Notes: generated by a model not told the origin, from the letters alone. A stretch of DNA of 64,000 nt from Octopus bimaculoides (GCF_001194135.2 NC_068995.1:29939321-30003320); one strand, 5' to 3'; positions 1-13,845 are shown, counted from the first letter of the stretch. Translations and numbers: made by a program.

Positions 1-225
1 CAAAATAACTAAGTGGCATGGTGGAGGTCACAGGAGTGATGTGGTCTGAACAGTTTATATCGTTGTTTGCTGCCCAAAACAGAAAAATTGTACAGCGACT
101 GGTTACTGCGTCATCCACACCTGTACACCCTGGAAAAGTACTGGGTATTATGCCGGTTTTCCCATGACTTCACTATTTTTTCATAGCATCAGCTTCGTGA
201 AACATTTGAAAAATTCCTGAATATC

Positions 226-270
226 CTAGCACGCCCCCGTGCCTTCGGCGCTTGGCCCGAGGCTGACTTT
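226..270 (-). mobile_element. Possible Helitron 3' terminus (small hairpin followed by CTAG)
   Basis: Minus strand reads gcgcc-gaa-ggcac-gggggcgtg-CTAG, a hairpin about 10 nt before CTAG. It is followed by G rather than the canonical T, and no 5' end was located. Confidence 0.3.
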
Positions 271-2989
271 GCCGTAATGCATGTCACTAAACCTTACCTT
301 TTATCACTGTTAAGTTCCTTTATGTTGTCTCTTCCCCTGTATTTTAAATGGTTTGGCACACATTTTTTGGCCATACTCTCAATGAAGACGAATAAAATTA
401 CGGTAAGGAGAATTTTGTAGAGCCTGCTTCAGCGCTAGGCCTCAGACTGAGATCAGCCCATGTCTGCCACTAAACCTTATATTTAAGGTTATCTGTGCAC
501 CACGTCTTGGAAATACCAATACATTCAGTGAACACAGATTACAGTGTCTGTACCATATTATTGGGAGGAGTGCTAGGGATGCAATGTTTTGATCATGAGC
601 CACACGTTTATTGTCCGCCAATGTCTCGACTCTGATATGGCCGTGATCTCAGCTTCATTGTTCATTACTTTATTTTCTGATATCTACCATACCACTTTCA
701 TATTTTTTTATCTTTACTTTTTTCTTATATTGTTAACATTCTTCATTACTGCCACTATCTGTAAAAAAAAAAAAAAAACTTTTCTGGTCGTGTTTCTACT
801 GCAAGTGTTTGCAGTGAACGCCAGGTAACGCTATGAGCAAATCCTCACCTACACGGTTCATTATTATTTTTTTTTTTTTGCATTAAACAAGGTTGATACC
901 AAGGTCCAAAGCTGGACTTTAAACTTGACCTTCACCATACAAGACGCACAGTGATTTTGAGGGTCAAATTTTAAGAAAAGAAGCGCGTTTTATATGCCTC
1001 AAAATACGGTAATCCATATCGATACTCATCACTGCAAGGCAACGAATGAAAGTCAAACGAGAATCGAGCGTGAATCGTTGATTCTACTCTGCAGAAATTA
1101 GCTACTATCCGCAACTCAATTAGAAGGATTTGGGAAATTTGGTAAACAATTTTTACTGATAAGTTCCATTTCCGTGTTTAATTTCGGTGCCAACACAATT
1201 AGTCGACCATGTTCAGATCTTTCAACGTATCTAAAATGGTCGACTACTGCATTAAAAAAAAGAAGAAATATTTCATCTGTTTTATCTATTGCATTCTCCC
1301 ATATAGGAGTATTTTGATTAACTTGCAAATATGTATGAAAATCACTAAATCATAAGTGGCTCAGAAAAGTTTCCCTAAATCAAAGCCCTAAAATATAGTC
1401 ACTCACTAAGATGATATTTAAGAAACTAAAATGTTTCGAATTTCCAATCGCTAATTGTTTTTGTATTGACTATTCTTTTACATAAGTTCAGTCGATGACA
1501 CTAACAATGAGAAAGAAATGAAAAGAAACAGAAATCTTTATGAAGTCATTAGTAGTGTTAGTGGTATGTAATGACGTCACCTTCAAGTCGAAACCGAGTT
1601 ACAGGTTTGGCGCATTGGGATCTTATCTCTAATGTACTCTAATCTCTATTTTTCTCTTTCTATTGAAGTGCTCCTCTTTGCTTGTGTTTAAAATCCTATA
1701 TTCTAACGAATATGTAAATGAGAGGTAGTGGTATTCAAACTTTCCAAAATTACATTATCAATGAAGAATGAACCATTTTGATAGCTCGTAAAACTGGAAT
1801 CACTTATGCCAGGACTTTTTTCTCCCTCTTCGTCGTTTTGTGAAAATAATACTTTCCATCCAGACATCATGCCAAGGCTCGTTTTGTTGAGTTTCTGATT
1901 CTCTGCTTGTCTTTGATTTATAAAAGCGAAGTTTTTTGAATAAGTTTTACGACATTGTAACCTACTTAATTAAACTTATAAAACATTCCCGTATCAATCA
2001 ACTTTGGATGGAAAATGTAGTTAATTTTAATTCCTTCATAAACTTAAATGAATGCTGTAATAGCCATAGGCGCTATCAATTGTAACTCTGTCACGTCAGC
2101 CATATTTTGAACCTTAAAACACTCCCACACCAGTAATACACATGTTGTAGCATGTTATATACGTATACTACATATTGATATTACAACACTTTCATATATG
2201 ATATGACTTATTTCATAAAAATCAGTTATTCGTGCAATATTAACTGTTGCCATACACCTATTACTCACCAAGTGGCTGTGCGGCACAGCTGTTGGAATAT
2301 GATATTTATAACGTCTCCGAAATGTAAAGAAAAATCTACATTTGCAATAATTTTACAATCAAGACATAATCGTATGTCTAACTGAAGAAAAGCACCATAA
2401 ATGATGTTCCTACCTTCATTCATTGTTTCCATCGGGCGGTATCGAAGTGTTGAGTGATATAGGATAAGCCTATTAGGGAAATCAGTTCAGTTTTGATGGG
2501 AATTTATATTGCAGATTTGGCTCATCATATCTACATACAAACTTTTTCGACTTCAACAAAAAGTTAAGTGATTATTTCTTTTTATTATAAAAGAACGGGG
2601 CTTCCTTATAACGTATCTCTTTTCCCACTCTAAGCTTAATATCACTTTTCCCACTCTTGGGGTAGTTATTTCGGTTCTTTACATTCTCAGTTCAAATTTC
2701 ACCGCGATCAACTTTTTCTTTTGTCATTTCAGGATCAATAAAATAAAATCTAAATTTGTGATGAGATGAAAATGTTTGCGTTATTTGTTCTTTTTTTTTA
2801 ATTTCCGAGTTTTTTTTTAGTTTCCGAGTTACATCGCTTGGTTTAACACCACCACCTGGTATTTGTGTATTTCAGCAGTGTTCACTCTGTTGCAAGTGTT
2901 CGAGCCAGGTCTTCGGTTTAAGGAAAACTTATTCCATTTATCTCACCAGTCTCGGAAACCATGAAAAAATAGAGTGTCATGGGCGCTGC

Positions 2990-3263
2990 CATTCCTTCCC
3001 TGACAAAGCGGCCAGTTAAAACGAAGTGCTAAGTTAGAGACGTGAGCATACCAACACCAGTGAGGAAGACACAAACACAGAACACACACACACACACACA
3101 TTCGACGGGCTTCTTTCAGTTTTCGTCTATCAAATCCACTCACACGACTTTGGTTGGCTTGAGGCTTTAGTAGAAGACACTTATCCAAGGTGCCACGCAG
3201 TGAGGCTGAACCCGGAACCATGTGGCTGCAGCAAGCTTCTTCCCACACAGCCACACCTGCGCC
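2990..3263 (-). mobile_element. tRNA-derived SINE, family B (head ggcgcaggtgtggctgtgtgg)
   Basis: Reverse complement matches the fuller copy at 39297-39680 (head, ggttcag B-box-like motif, caccttgg-caagtgtcttcta core, internal TG repeat). Confidence 0.8.
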
Positions 3264-4329
3264 TATAGTCTTGTTTTGTTGGAAACAACACACGTTTTAG
3301 CCGAATCCAGATGTTTATTGATGAAAGCTGTCAGATTTTTTTCTTTATTTTTGCGGGGGTTTTAAAACTTTACACCGAAATTTTCAAAGTTTTTCTTATG
3401 AAGCGACAATTATAAATTCTATCCACTTTGCTTTCAATGATGCAACCACTCCTATTTTGGATGTGGAAGGGGTGTGTCTGTTCCATCAACAGTTTTCGTG
3501 TACATCTGCTAAAACTGGAGTGAGACAACTCAGCTAATCGTTAGCATTTCTACGAGCTAAATCTTGCTGCAACAATCTGGATTTATGTCTGACAATTAAT
3601 TTATATCTGATACTATGCTGAATTAACTCAGGTCTATTTATTCGAATATAGCAACAACAAAATCAACAACAACCACTACTACTACTACGGTAGCAACTCT
3701 TCAAAAAGTGAAACAAAATGAATATTAGGGTGACGGTGGTGGTGAGAAATAAGGAAAAATAGACAACTGGAGAGGTGAGTTCAAGGACATTAAAAATTGG
3801 AAACTATTAAGAAAGAATGAGAAGAGGTGGATGAAGTTAATGGTGGGGGAGTGTAATGCATTACTGGACTGACAGTAAAGAATTCTGCAACTCATTCGGC
3901 CGTAGCGGTGCACCTTAAGACTTCAGTCTTTGTTGTTGTTGTTGTTGCTAACTTCTGCTGCTGCTGCTGCTGCTGATTATACTGTTTGTTGGTGTTGTTG
4001 CTTAGTCCTAAGCCAGCTCTGACTGGACACACCTATGATTCAAAATGTTTCAGCTGCGACCCCTCCTGTCTTTTTGCACATCAGAGTTTATTAATGCACA
4101 CTTCATGATTTAAGAGGTTGGGGTGTTACTTGAAGAAGACTGGAGTGGCAAATATGAGATACATCTGTTGTATGTTACGTCCAGTGAGAGATGTAGGGAG
4201 ATATAGAGAGATAGATAGAGATTAGGAAGAGAGTGGGAGAGAGAAAGAAGGAGAGAAAAAGAGGGAGAGAGTGAATTAGATCTCTTGGTTACTGTACCAG
4301 TAATAGGATTCGAAATCAACAATTCTATC

Positions 4330-4472
4330 AACACCATCACTACCATACCATCACCATCGTGATCACCATCACTATCACCACCATCATCAACCTTCATCAC
4401 CATTATTACCACCATCAACATTATCAGTATCACCATCATCATCTCCTTCGCCAGCACGATCATCACAACCAT

Positions 4473-4515
<43 letters not shown>

Positions 4516-4550
4516 GTCGTCATCATCATCAATTATTACCATCACTATCA
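4330..4550. repeat. Degenerate (CAT/CAC)n triplet microsatellite
   Basis: Visible triplet run; produces the poly-His and poly-Met ORFs. Confidence 0.9.
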
Positions 4551-5745
4551 TAACATCATTGCCAGCGCCATCGAAAGTCCGCTATTTTCCTGTCTCCTAA
4601 GTCAAGTCACCCTTGTCTCTAATGTGACTCATCTGTGATGAAAAGGCAAGTCTGTACTCACACGCGCACACGCGCGCACATGCACATGCATTACTTCCTT
4701 TATCGCGGGACAGTGTAAAGATCTCTCTTTACTCTTGTCAAAGGCTGGTAAATAGGCATCATTAAGGCAGAGAGAAAGAAGCCAAAGAAGGAAACGAAAA
4801 ACGAATAAATAAATAAATAAATGAAAAAACATCCACGCCGCCGACGAAGAAAAATGTATATATGATGACGTCAGCTATCATTTTATTTGTTTATTTATTT
4901 AGCCATTTTTTTATAGCTGTAATAAAACGTTGAAATGTAACTGGAATGGTTTATTTGAAAACTTAATGCCTTAGCGAGTTGTTTGCTTAAGTGTCTATTA
5001 CTGATACGGCTTTATCTAAGACTGAAGTGAAACAAGCAGACTTAAGTGGTATGGAAGGCGAGTAAGAAAGAATTACAGAAGGCTAAGTAAGGGAAGAGGA
5101 AAAGGAATTAAGCAAGAACAGATGAGAGGAATTAACGAAAGCAAAAGTAAGTAAATAAATAAATAAATAAATAACGCAATGAATTATAGTTACGGAAGAC
5201 CGGATAGGAAGAAAAAAGGGAAAACTTAATTTGAAAAAACATTTTAGAGAGTTGAATAAAAAATAAAAAAGAAAGGTTATCTGCAAGACTTTTACTGGAA
5301 ATAAGTTATGAAGCATTACAATGGGCTAGATATTTCAGATTGCTCAAAAGCAGATAAGACCCGCTCCGAACAATTTGAGAAGGAAAACGAATTTTAAAGC
5401 GTAAAGAATTCCAGTTGACACAGATAGCAGACAAGGATAGGGAATTAAGGGGCTTAAACGGACACAGGATTATTAAACGTTTGTTAACGACGAAAAATTT
5501 TTTCTATAAATTTTGAGTTAAAACTGATGGGAAAAGTCCCTAAGAAATAGAGCTGGATAAAAAGTGTCGCTAAAACTGAATAAAATAAACTGTGATGGCA
5601 GCGGAGCCTAAGCTAAACCCTTTCCAAATCATATGGAACTAGAAACGATGCTTTTTATTGTTTTTCAAAATGTTAAGCGGAAAAGAGATAAACCTAACTG
5701 GTTTCTGGTTGGAGGAATTGCAAATCCAAATTCCATACCCTTTTG

Positions 5746-5811
5746 AATTATATCACCCATGGTACCTAATTATATCACCCATTGTACCTAATTATATCAC
5801 CCATGGTACCT
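5746..5811. repeat. 22-bp tandem repeat x3
   Basis: aattatatcacccat(g/t)gtacct three times with one substitution. Confidence 0.9.
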
Positions 5812-6279
5812 ACAAAGATTCATGTGGTCTCGATTACGTGACTCTTTGTCATTGTATACGTGGCTAAGGTGGCTTAGCATCTTAGCCACGCATACAATGT
5901 AATGACACTGCTAGAATCTGAACTACCAGCCCTCCAGTTAGTCCAGGACCCTGCTAACTGGCTAGCTTTCCCTGCTGTCCCATTTATAACTTAGTCAAAA
6001 TGTATCTACTACTACAATACCTAGTGCATCCTCCTTTTTTAGCGTACAGGGTATGTGCTTTGAGGGAAATTTAGGTGCTATTTCCAACAAAGACACCTTA
6101 ATTATAACAACAAAAAAAAAGAGCTTGACTGTTACACTAAATGCCATCCAGTATATACTTTCATCACTTTAGGTTCAAATCTATGGAATTCTATTTTATT
6201 TATCTTATTTCAAGTGTCAGTAGTATACGTATCAATCATATATTGAATGTATTCAATCAATAATATTATTTGCATTTGC

Positions 6280-6960
6280 CTAAATTATCGCGGCGCATAA
6301 TATTAGAATATCTGAAGTCCATAACAAAAAAAAAAACTCTAATAAAATAGATAATAAAAATAATAACCATAATGAGTGAACAACGAGCTGAACAGATAAA
6401 TAGTCGATTTGAATGGATTTTGAATACAGTACTTGTTGACAATGCAAGGGAAATTCAATAGGATACCGGAGGTGAGCAGTGGAAGGGAGACAATCAATAC
6501 GAAAGTAATAAACATTGGACAAAATAACACGCATCTTTAAATAATTCTGATCCCATTAACGCAGGGAGAGATAATATCACTAAAAATTTTTGTAGCTGTG
6601 GCAAGGAAATTTGCCTTCCAAATGCACAGTGTTTGAGGGAAAATACAGTATACAGATGTAGGGTTGTGTCAGGTGGGATTTCACACTATTATATAGGAGC
6701 ACGCTCGACTACCTTCAAGACGAGATTCGCTAATCATCAAGCTTCCTTCAAAGATAGAGAGAAAATATTTAGTACAAGCTTGAGTGGATTTATTTGGTCC
6801 CAAAAAGATACAATCACTAACTTTAATGTAAAATGGGAAATTATAGGCGGGGCAAAACCTTACGAAATCGGGAGTAAGAAATGTAATTTATGCCTATCTT
6901 CACGTCTAAATACCAATTATTAAATAATGAACAAGAATTAGCCATGAAATGTGCGCACCT
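6280..6960 (+). mobile_element. Penelope-like element remnant, linker plus GIY-YIG endonuclease
   Basis: IIAAHNIRI, then CSCGKEICLPNAQCLRENTVYRC...YYIG...FKTRFANHQASF...TSLSGFIWSQK...VKWEII..AKPYEIGSKKCNLCL: Cys-rich linker and GIY-YIG pattern typical of PLEs. Stops and frameshifts are present. Confidence 0.85.
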
Positions 6961-8273
6961 TCAAAGAAAAAACATTCAAATATTTCCCAAGAAAACATTT
7001 TTAATTAAGTAATTATCACGTAGATTGGAGGCGCTAGAGTTTACATGGACAATATTAGTGCAGTATCTAATTTGCCTGGCAGTAATTCTTCTCCAACTAA
7101 TTAGCATTCTTCGTATATAACACTTCACATATGGAATGATTTATTCTGTATCTAGGAGAGTGTAATCCACATGTAGATTTAAGGTTGATTTGTAAAGCTA
7201 AAAATTTGGATTTCACTTTAGGTGAAAGTATTCTACCATATTGTGTAGAGTACCCTGACCTTACAAGTAAATTCTGCATATCTTATATTTCTAAATTATA
7301 ATTGACTTTGTGACCCTTAATTGTAAATGTCTATCATTGAAATTTATTCCTATTTACTTCGCTACGGCCTAGTGGATGAAATATACTTTGACCTAGTTTA
7401 AGATCTTAGGGTCAGTCTGATAATGGACTATAGGGTGAATCTGATAATGGATTTTATAACCATATCAGGTTTCTAACTATTCCTCTCTTATTCCTTGCAC
7501 TCAAAAATTATTGTCCCCTACGAAGTGTAATATAGTCTAAAGTGTCATACATCAGTTCACTGCAGACTATAATAATGGCAACACCTTGAATAAAGCTGCA
7601 TAGACTTTTAACCTGATGAACAATCTGGATGCAAATGTAATCCACATTGTAAGATATCTATGCAGCAAAAACATATGTTTGGAGAGAGATTTAAATTAAA
7701 TATTGTGTATAATTGACTGTAATAATAAAAACTGTATAGATATATTATTCTCCTTATTCATTTGAATTGTCTAGTATTTGTGTGGGATCTAGTTAAACTG
7801 ATTCATAAAATATACATTTTTTTAAAAGGAAATAAAAGATCTGAAAATTGGCTATAATAATGTAGTTTTCCAGTCTTATTGCTATGAATGTATGATGTTG
7901 TGGAAGAAAAAATTGGAGGAAAAAGTTACAGAGGTTTAAAAATCGGAAAAACTGTGTACTTTTAGCCAATAGCGAGACAGAGATTTTCTGCGTTTAGCGG
8001 AACGGTGTCAACTTTAAGGTTGTACCCTGTGAAATTTATAGTTTAGCATCTGTGAAATGACCTGTTCATTGTAGGTTTCTAAATAAACAGAAATACCTAA
8101 TAAAAATCAACATGTATCATCTTACTGTTTCTTTTGTTTCTTCATTGTTTGTGTTTTATTATTTTAAAAAATTTGTTATATTAATATATTTGCTTGCATG
8201 TGTTTACTTTATGCGTATTTCAGTATTATGTATACCTGTCATGTATTTGTGTACATCATTAATATATAAGTGC

Positions 8274-8325
<52 letters not shown>

Positions 8326-8360
8326 ATATATATATATATATATACAGTTCTATGTTTTAG

Positions 8361-8518
8361 AGATGAGGAATTATGAACATTATTTACATTTGACGGATAT
8401 TCGTCCTCATCTTCTTGGTTGTTAACACAACGTTTCAGCTGATATACCCCCCAGCCTTCATCAGGTGTCTTGGGAAAATATTGTTCTCATGGGTTCTCAT
8501 TCCTAAGGCATTTTTCGA

Positions 8519-8522
<4 letters not shown>
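8361..8522 (-). mobile_element. Penelope pseudo-LTR-like repeat fragment carrying a hammerhead motif
   Basis: Contains the hammerhead core on the minus strand, lies between PLE coding remnants and abuts an (ATT)n tract. Confidence 0.5.
8424..8469 (-). ncRNA. Minimal type I hammerhead ribozyme motif
   Basis: Minus strand: GACAC CUGAUGA A GGCUG [loop] CAGCU GAAA CGU U GUGUU. Stem I is GACAC/GUGUU, stem II is GGCUG/CAGCU, and palindromic ACGU replaces stem III. Confidence 0.65.
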
Positions 8523-8579
<57 letters not shown>

Positions 8580-9729
8580 TTAGGTTTGACTTTTGCTTTG
8601 CATTTGTACAAGTTGGATCCAAGTCTCACCCAGAGACCTCAAGAGACAACAAGTTAGAAGTTCATGTAGGTGTTATGCCTTGGGTACCATATATTTCGAT
8701 TTGTACATAGTGTTGTTCTAGAGAATGTTTATGAAACCATAAGAAAATTATGTGTTTGTTTTTANNNNNNNNNNNNNNNNNNNNNNNNNNNNNNNNNNNN
8801 NNNNNNNNNNNNNNNNNNNNNNNNNNNNNNNNNNNNNNNNNNNNNNNNNNNNNNNNNNNNNNNNNNNNNNNNNNNNNNNNNNNNNNNNNNNNNNNNNNNN
8901 NNNNNNNNNNNNNNNNNNNNNNNNNNNNNNNNNNNNNNNNNNNNNNNNNNNNNNNNNNNNNNNNNNNNNNNNNNNNNNNNNNNNNNNNNNNNNNNNNNNN
9001 NNNNNNNNNNNNNNNNNNNNNNNNNNNNNNNNNNNNNNNNNNNNNNNNNNNNNNNNNNNNNNNNNNNNNNNNNNNNNNNNNNNNNNNNNNNNNNNNNNNN
9101 NNNNNNNNNNNNNNNNNNNNNNNNNNNNNNNNNNNNNNNNNNNNNNNNNNNNNNNNNNNNNNNNNNNNNNNNNNNNNNNNNNNNNNNNNNNNNNNNNNNN
9201 NNNNNNNNNNNNNNNNNNNNNNNNNNNNNNNNNNNNNNNNNNNNNNNNNNNNNNNNNNNNNNNNNNNNNNNNNNNNNNNNNNNNNNNNNNNNNNNNNNNN
9301 NNNNNNNNNNNNNNNNNNNNNNNNNNNNNNNNNNNNNNNNNNNNNNNNNNNNNNNNNNNNNNNNNNNNNNNNNNNNNNNNNNNNNNCATATATATATGAA
9401 GAGTGAGAGAAATAAATAAATAGGAAAGTAAAAAGATATATTATTCCGTGCCGTAGCACCGAATATTCTAACTTGTTCATTATTTATGGACCGCTTTAAG
9501 ATTGTATGTCTCAGAGCAGAGCAGCTGCAACGTGTTATGTTCGATATGTGTAGATATTCATTTACTCGTACACACACACACACACGTATGTATGTATGTA
9601 TGTATGTATGTATGTATGNNNNNNNNNNAGAAGTATGTATGTGTGTGTATGTATGGGCTCATATCTTTTATTAAAACTTTAACATTTCTAATTAAATGAA
9701 TCTAATATAAAATTATTATCTATAACAAT

Positions 9730-10060
9730 TGGTCCCTCTACAAATCTCTAACAAACCTACTGCATGAGAAATGATGAAATTACAAATAGAAGTAGAACTA
9801 TAAAGAAGGGTTTCTTGAGTTGGTGATAAAGAAGAGACACTAACGAATGAACGAAAAGACACTACATAAACAGGAAAAATCCCATCCTCAGCTAATATCA
9901 TCAGTTTCGATACGAAAGGCTGACCGACCAGTCCACTCAGCAGTTTCAAGTGTGCTAAATCAAGAAGATTAACGCTGTTTAGGAATTTGAGAGCTCGCAT
10001 GTAAGATAAAAACATTGGAACACGTACGTTAGACAAAAATGTGTTTGTACGCGAGACAAA
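9730..10060 (+). mobile_element. Highly degenerate Penelope-like RT fragment
   Basis: Across frameshifts: GPSTNL...RDTNE...GKIPSSANIISFDTKG, resembling PLE RT GSPTYNLS...IKDT...LVSFDV.SL. Weak similarity only. Confidence 0.35.
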
Positions 10061-11139
10061 ATGAAACTTAGGAAACTTTAAAAACAAAGCAAAAGCTTTA
10101 AAACAATAAAATGAAAATATAAAACAAATAAGATATATAAATCATAAGTGCTTGAAAAACGTAGGCCTCAGAAAACGTTAAGCCCTAGGATGCCATTTTG
10201 CATGAGAGTTACGTCACTCATATTATGACGACTGAGGTTGAAAAGGAAGTTAGTTGCAGAATCAGAAGTAACGAGGGAAAAGGATGACTCAGTCCACAGG
10301 CGGATGTGATGACCGTGGGAGGGAAACAGAGTGCATGTCAACAAGATAGAGAGATGTGGGGATAAAGGGAGTGAAAGAAGGGAAAAGAATCGTCGACATT
10401 ATTAATAACACATCGAATTAATAGTATAGGGAGAGTCTTCGTAGCATTAAACAGAAAGCAAAAATAACCCTGGTAATTTGCACTAACAGTGCGCCTTACA
10501 CCATACTTAATTATGCTAGCTAATACTGTTAGTAATTTAAATAAACTCTATCCTCACTTCCTCTCCATATTTTTTTCACTATATCTCAATTCCATTTCTT
10601 TGCCTTTATTCTCATGCTGAAGCTCACAACTTGCGTACAAACTTGAAATAGCACCAAATTTCTTCCAAATATCTATCTATGCATAAGCTGAAATTAAAGT
10701 GGTTAATAAATAATTTATCATTGTATCCTTATCAAACGTATACTGACTGAAAACTAAATGGATAAATAAATAAAAATTACGATACAATTCAATCACAGTT
10801 AGTGAAGGTGTATTAGACCGTTCACGAAACGTTATTCACGCTCATATACTAAAAGATCAAAGAAGCCAGTAATTGAGAAAATTAACTGGTGAAACACACG
10901 TTGAGAAAAATATCGTTTTCAGGTGTTCCAAATTAACTTCGCGTTCATAAAGCCGTAGCATATTAAAAACAATCTACAACGTAGATTGAGTTTTAAAGAA
11001 ATAGGTACGTTAAAAATAAAGAAGGAATTGAAAATAAAAAAGTCAAAAACTTCCATTTCGAAATTTTTCTGCAATGGATTTCTCCTGGGAACGCTACATA
11101 GCCAATACTTCCATCTAAAATTCCTAATGACCTTGAATT

Positions 11140-11450
11140 AAACTTTCTTCTGTTCTTCAGTGGTATTAAAATCGTTTTGGTAAAGTAAAGATGTCAACCT
11201 AGCTTCTGTCTACTGTTACCATGCTTGTAAGCAGGTGCGAAAACAAGGATCGACCAGTTTATGTTAAAGGTATTGTACTATTTTGCTTTAATCTCCAAAC
11301 GTATTTCGAAAATCTAGTAGCCGATTTGAATCTTTTCTGTTTGGGCTGCCACTTTTCAATTTCTTTAATTTTTGTTCCAATTAATTTCATATTTGGTGTG
11401 TTGGTATAGTTTTGTATGGTAATCACTGGCATGAAATTCATTTTCGCCAT
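11140..11450 (-). mobile_element. Degenerate Penelope-like GIY-YIG fragment
   Basis: KRFKSATRFSKYVWRLK followed after a frameshift by NINWSILVFAPAYKHG, paralleling the same region of the 6.6-6.9 kb copy. Confidence 0.6.
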
Positions 11451-12266
11451 AAATCAATTTTAGCTAATCGAACGCCACAGACATATAGGTGCTTGTTTCC
11501 ATAGTAAGAAACCAAGCTGTTACCAAGCTGCTTATCTACGTGGTCATTTTTCGCTTATTAAATGCTTAAAACACATGAGGCATGAGGTGGTCGTGAGATG
11601 TGCTACAAATAATAGCTAAATTCCCGCCATTTTTTTTTCACATATTCGTATGAATTTCCATGTGTAGAATACGAATTGCAATTTTTTTCTGAAAATTCAA
11701 AAATTAAAATGTTTCGAGGAGTTATATGGCGTGCGTAAAGCAGAATTCTATCAATATTTCATTTGTTTACAGTTGAGAACACGTGCAGTCACGTACAAAA
11801 TTACAGCTTCCAAATCCTGTTTTCCAACTAGGTAAAAATGATCAAACTTTAAATTTTTTCAAATAAATTTTCTGAAAAATGTGAATTAGCCCCTGAGATT
11901 CAACGTGGAAAATTACATCAATACACTAAATTTTGAAATTTTCATTAAACTTTAAAATTACCACAGGTGCAGCCAAACAGAAAAGTTTCGTAAATTTCCT
12001 GCTTGAGTTGAACAGTAAATTAAATTTTCATCTTAGATTCATTATCTGTCAATCTAATGTAACTACTTCGGTTGAGAACCATCATTCAGTTTTACATTGG
12101 CACCACCATATACTAAAGAACCTGCAAGATTGCTTTTATTAATTGAACACTTACGAGAGTTCTCTCAATCATGCCTACTCTCTGTATTACTAACATTTGA
12201 TTAATAAAACTGCTGAAAATTTCGCAACAATCGTGAGAAACTTTGGCACACACACACACGCGCACG

Positions 12267-12314
<48 letters not shown>

Positions 12315-13064
12315 TACACATGCGCATGTGTATGTTCGTTTGTATGTACGGTGTATTTCTTAAGTTTTGTAAAATAAATGAGACTAAGTTAATATCTAAT
12401 TCGGTAGAAAATTACATTTTCCTTTTCTTTTTCTCATATTTGGAACCTTAGAGTCTAAGTATATATTCTTCCTTATTTAAAAGCCTGAATACTTTGTTGT
12501 AAAATTGGAAAGCTGTTGCAAAGAATCGACGATATTTTTCTTTGTGATTCTCTAGCTCATCTTTTCATTTACTCATTTTGTCACCTTGTATTTGTTTGGC
12601 TTTTAGTATTTTAACGTAAATGATGTTTTTCAATGGACTATGATATCTTTAGTTGATATGAATTGTATCACTACTATTTGATTTTTTAAAAATATTAGCC
12701 ATATTATATAGAAAAATATTTTTTTAAATTCTTTTTGTACACACACACACACACACACCCAATCAAACATTTATATTTGTTTATTCGGTTTTATTTTAAT
12801 GCAAGCATCCTACCAAATGCCTCCATTCGTTTACTGTCTACTAATTGTTAAAATTTTCTGTTTCGTTGCTCAGAGTATGTTTGAGGATTGAAAACGTGGA
12901 ACTCAGACTTGCGAAATATGAAGTGTCATCTTACTAAATATATTATAGACTTTACTTGTATTGTCTAGTATTGTCTTCTACACTGTAATCTTTGCGATCA
13001 AGTGTTAAAAAACACACACATACACAACACACACATACACAACACACACACACATACACAACAC

Positions 13065-13119
<55 letters not shown>

Positions 13120-13709
13120 ATTCTTGAATCAGATAAAGAAAATCAGATATCCAAAGCGGAATCTAGACGAATTACTGATAATGTACATATTTAATGTTTT
13201 AGGAAAGAAACTCTACTTTCGCTAATTCTGTAGCTCATCTGAAACTCATAAGCTACTGTATTAACGAAAGTGAAGTTTCCTAACTAAAACATTTGATCTG
13301 TGAAATATATCTTCCTTTCTCCCTCTCTCATTCACTCACTCTCTCTCACTCACTTTTTCTCTCTCCCCGCTCTCTCTCTATCTATCTGTACATACATGCA
13401 TGAATACATACATACATACATGCATGCATATCATTTATTGTACACAGTTTAAAGATATGAACTACTAATAGTTTCTTGCTTTGGGGATGCGGGTTTAGGC
13501 AGGTTTTATAAGACACCCTCCGTCTCCCAGCAATCCCTAAACTCTGAGCACATGGTCTATTCAAATTGCATTTATATATCATGTTTCCAAGAAAAGGGGT
13601 GACAGTGAGTTCGAAACTTCGAACATAGAAATGTTCGTTAATGAACAAATTAACTCAAAAACATTCATATATGTAAGTATATATGCGTACATACGCAGAC
13701 ATTAATAAG

Positions 13710-13756
13710 CACACACACATACACACACACACACACACACATACACACACACACAA

Positions 13757-13845
<89 letters not shown>
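13710..13845. repeat. (CA)n microsatellite
   Basis: Long visible dinucleotide run; one of many similar tracts in the window. Confidence 0.95.

Noticed and set aside
1116-1328. 70-aa ORF with natural-looking composition
   Set aside because: No recognisable motif or convincing splice sites; length is within the chance range. BLASTx would settle it.
1565-1610. aatgac...gtcgaaaccgagtt hammerhead-like motif
   Set aside because: The CUGANGA core is missing; at most a decayed relic.
4110-4553. Poly-His and poly-Met ORFs
   Set aside because: Products of a (CAT)n microsatellite; no splice or homology support.
7150-7300. Possible plus-strand exon GECNPHVDLRLICK...
   Set aside because: No good donor and no recognisable homology; the region looks like generic AT-rich non-coding DNA.
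8662-9583. Long ORFs containing X runs (also near 21.3, 29.2, 33.3, 36.2, 42.5, 44.8 and 50.7 kb)
   Set aside because: They are translations of assembly N gaps (8765-9386, 21372-21506, 29325-29682, 33419-34050, 36230-36509, 42508-43180, 50764-51104).
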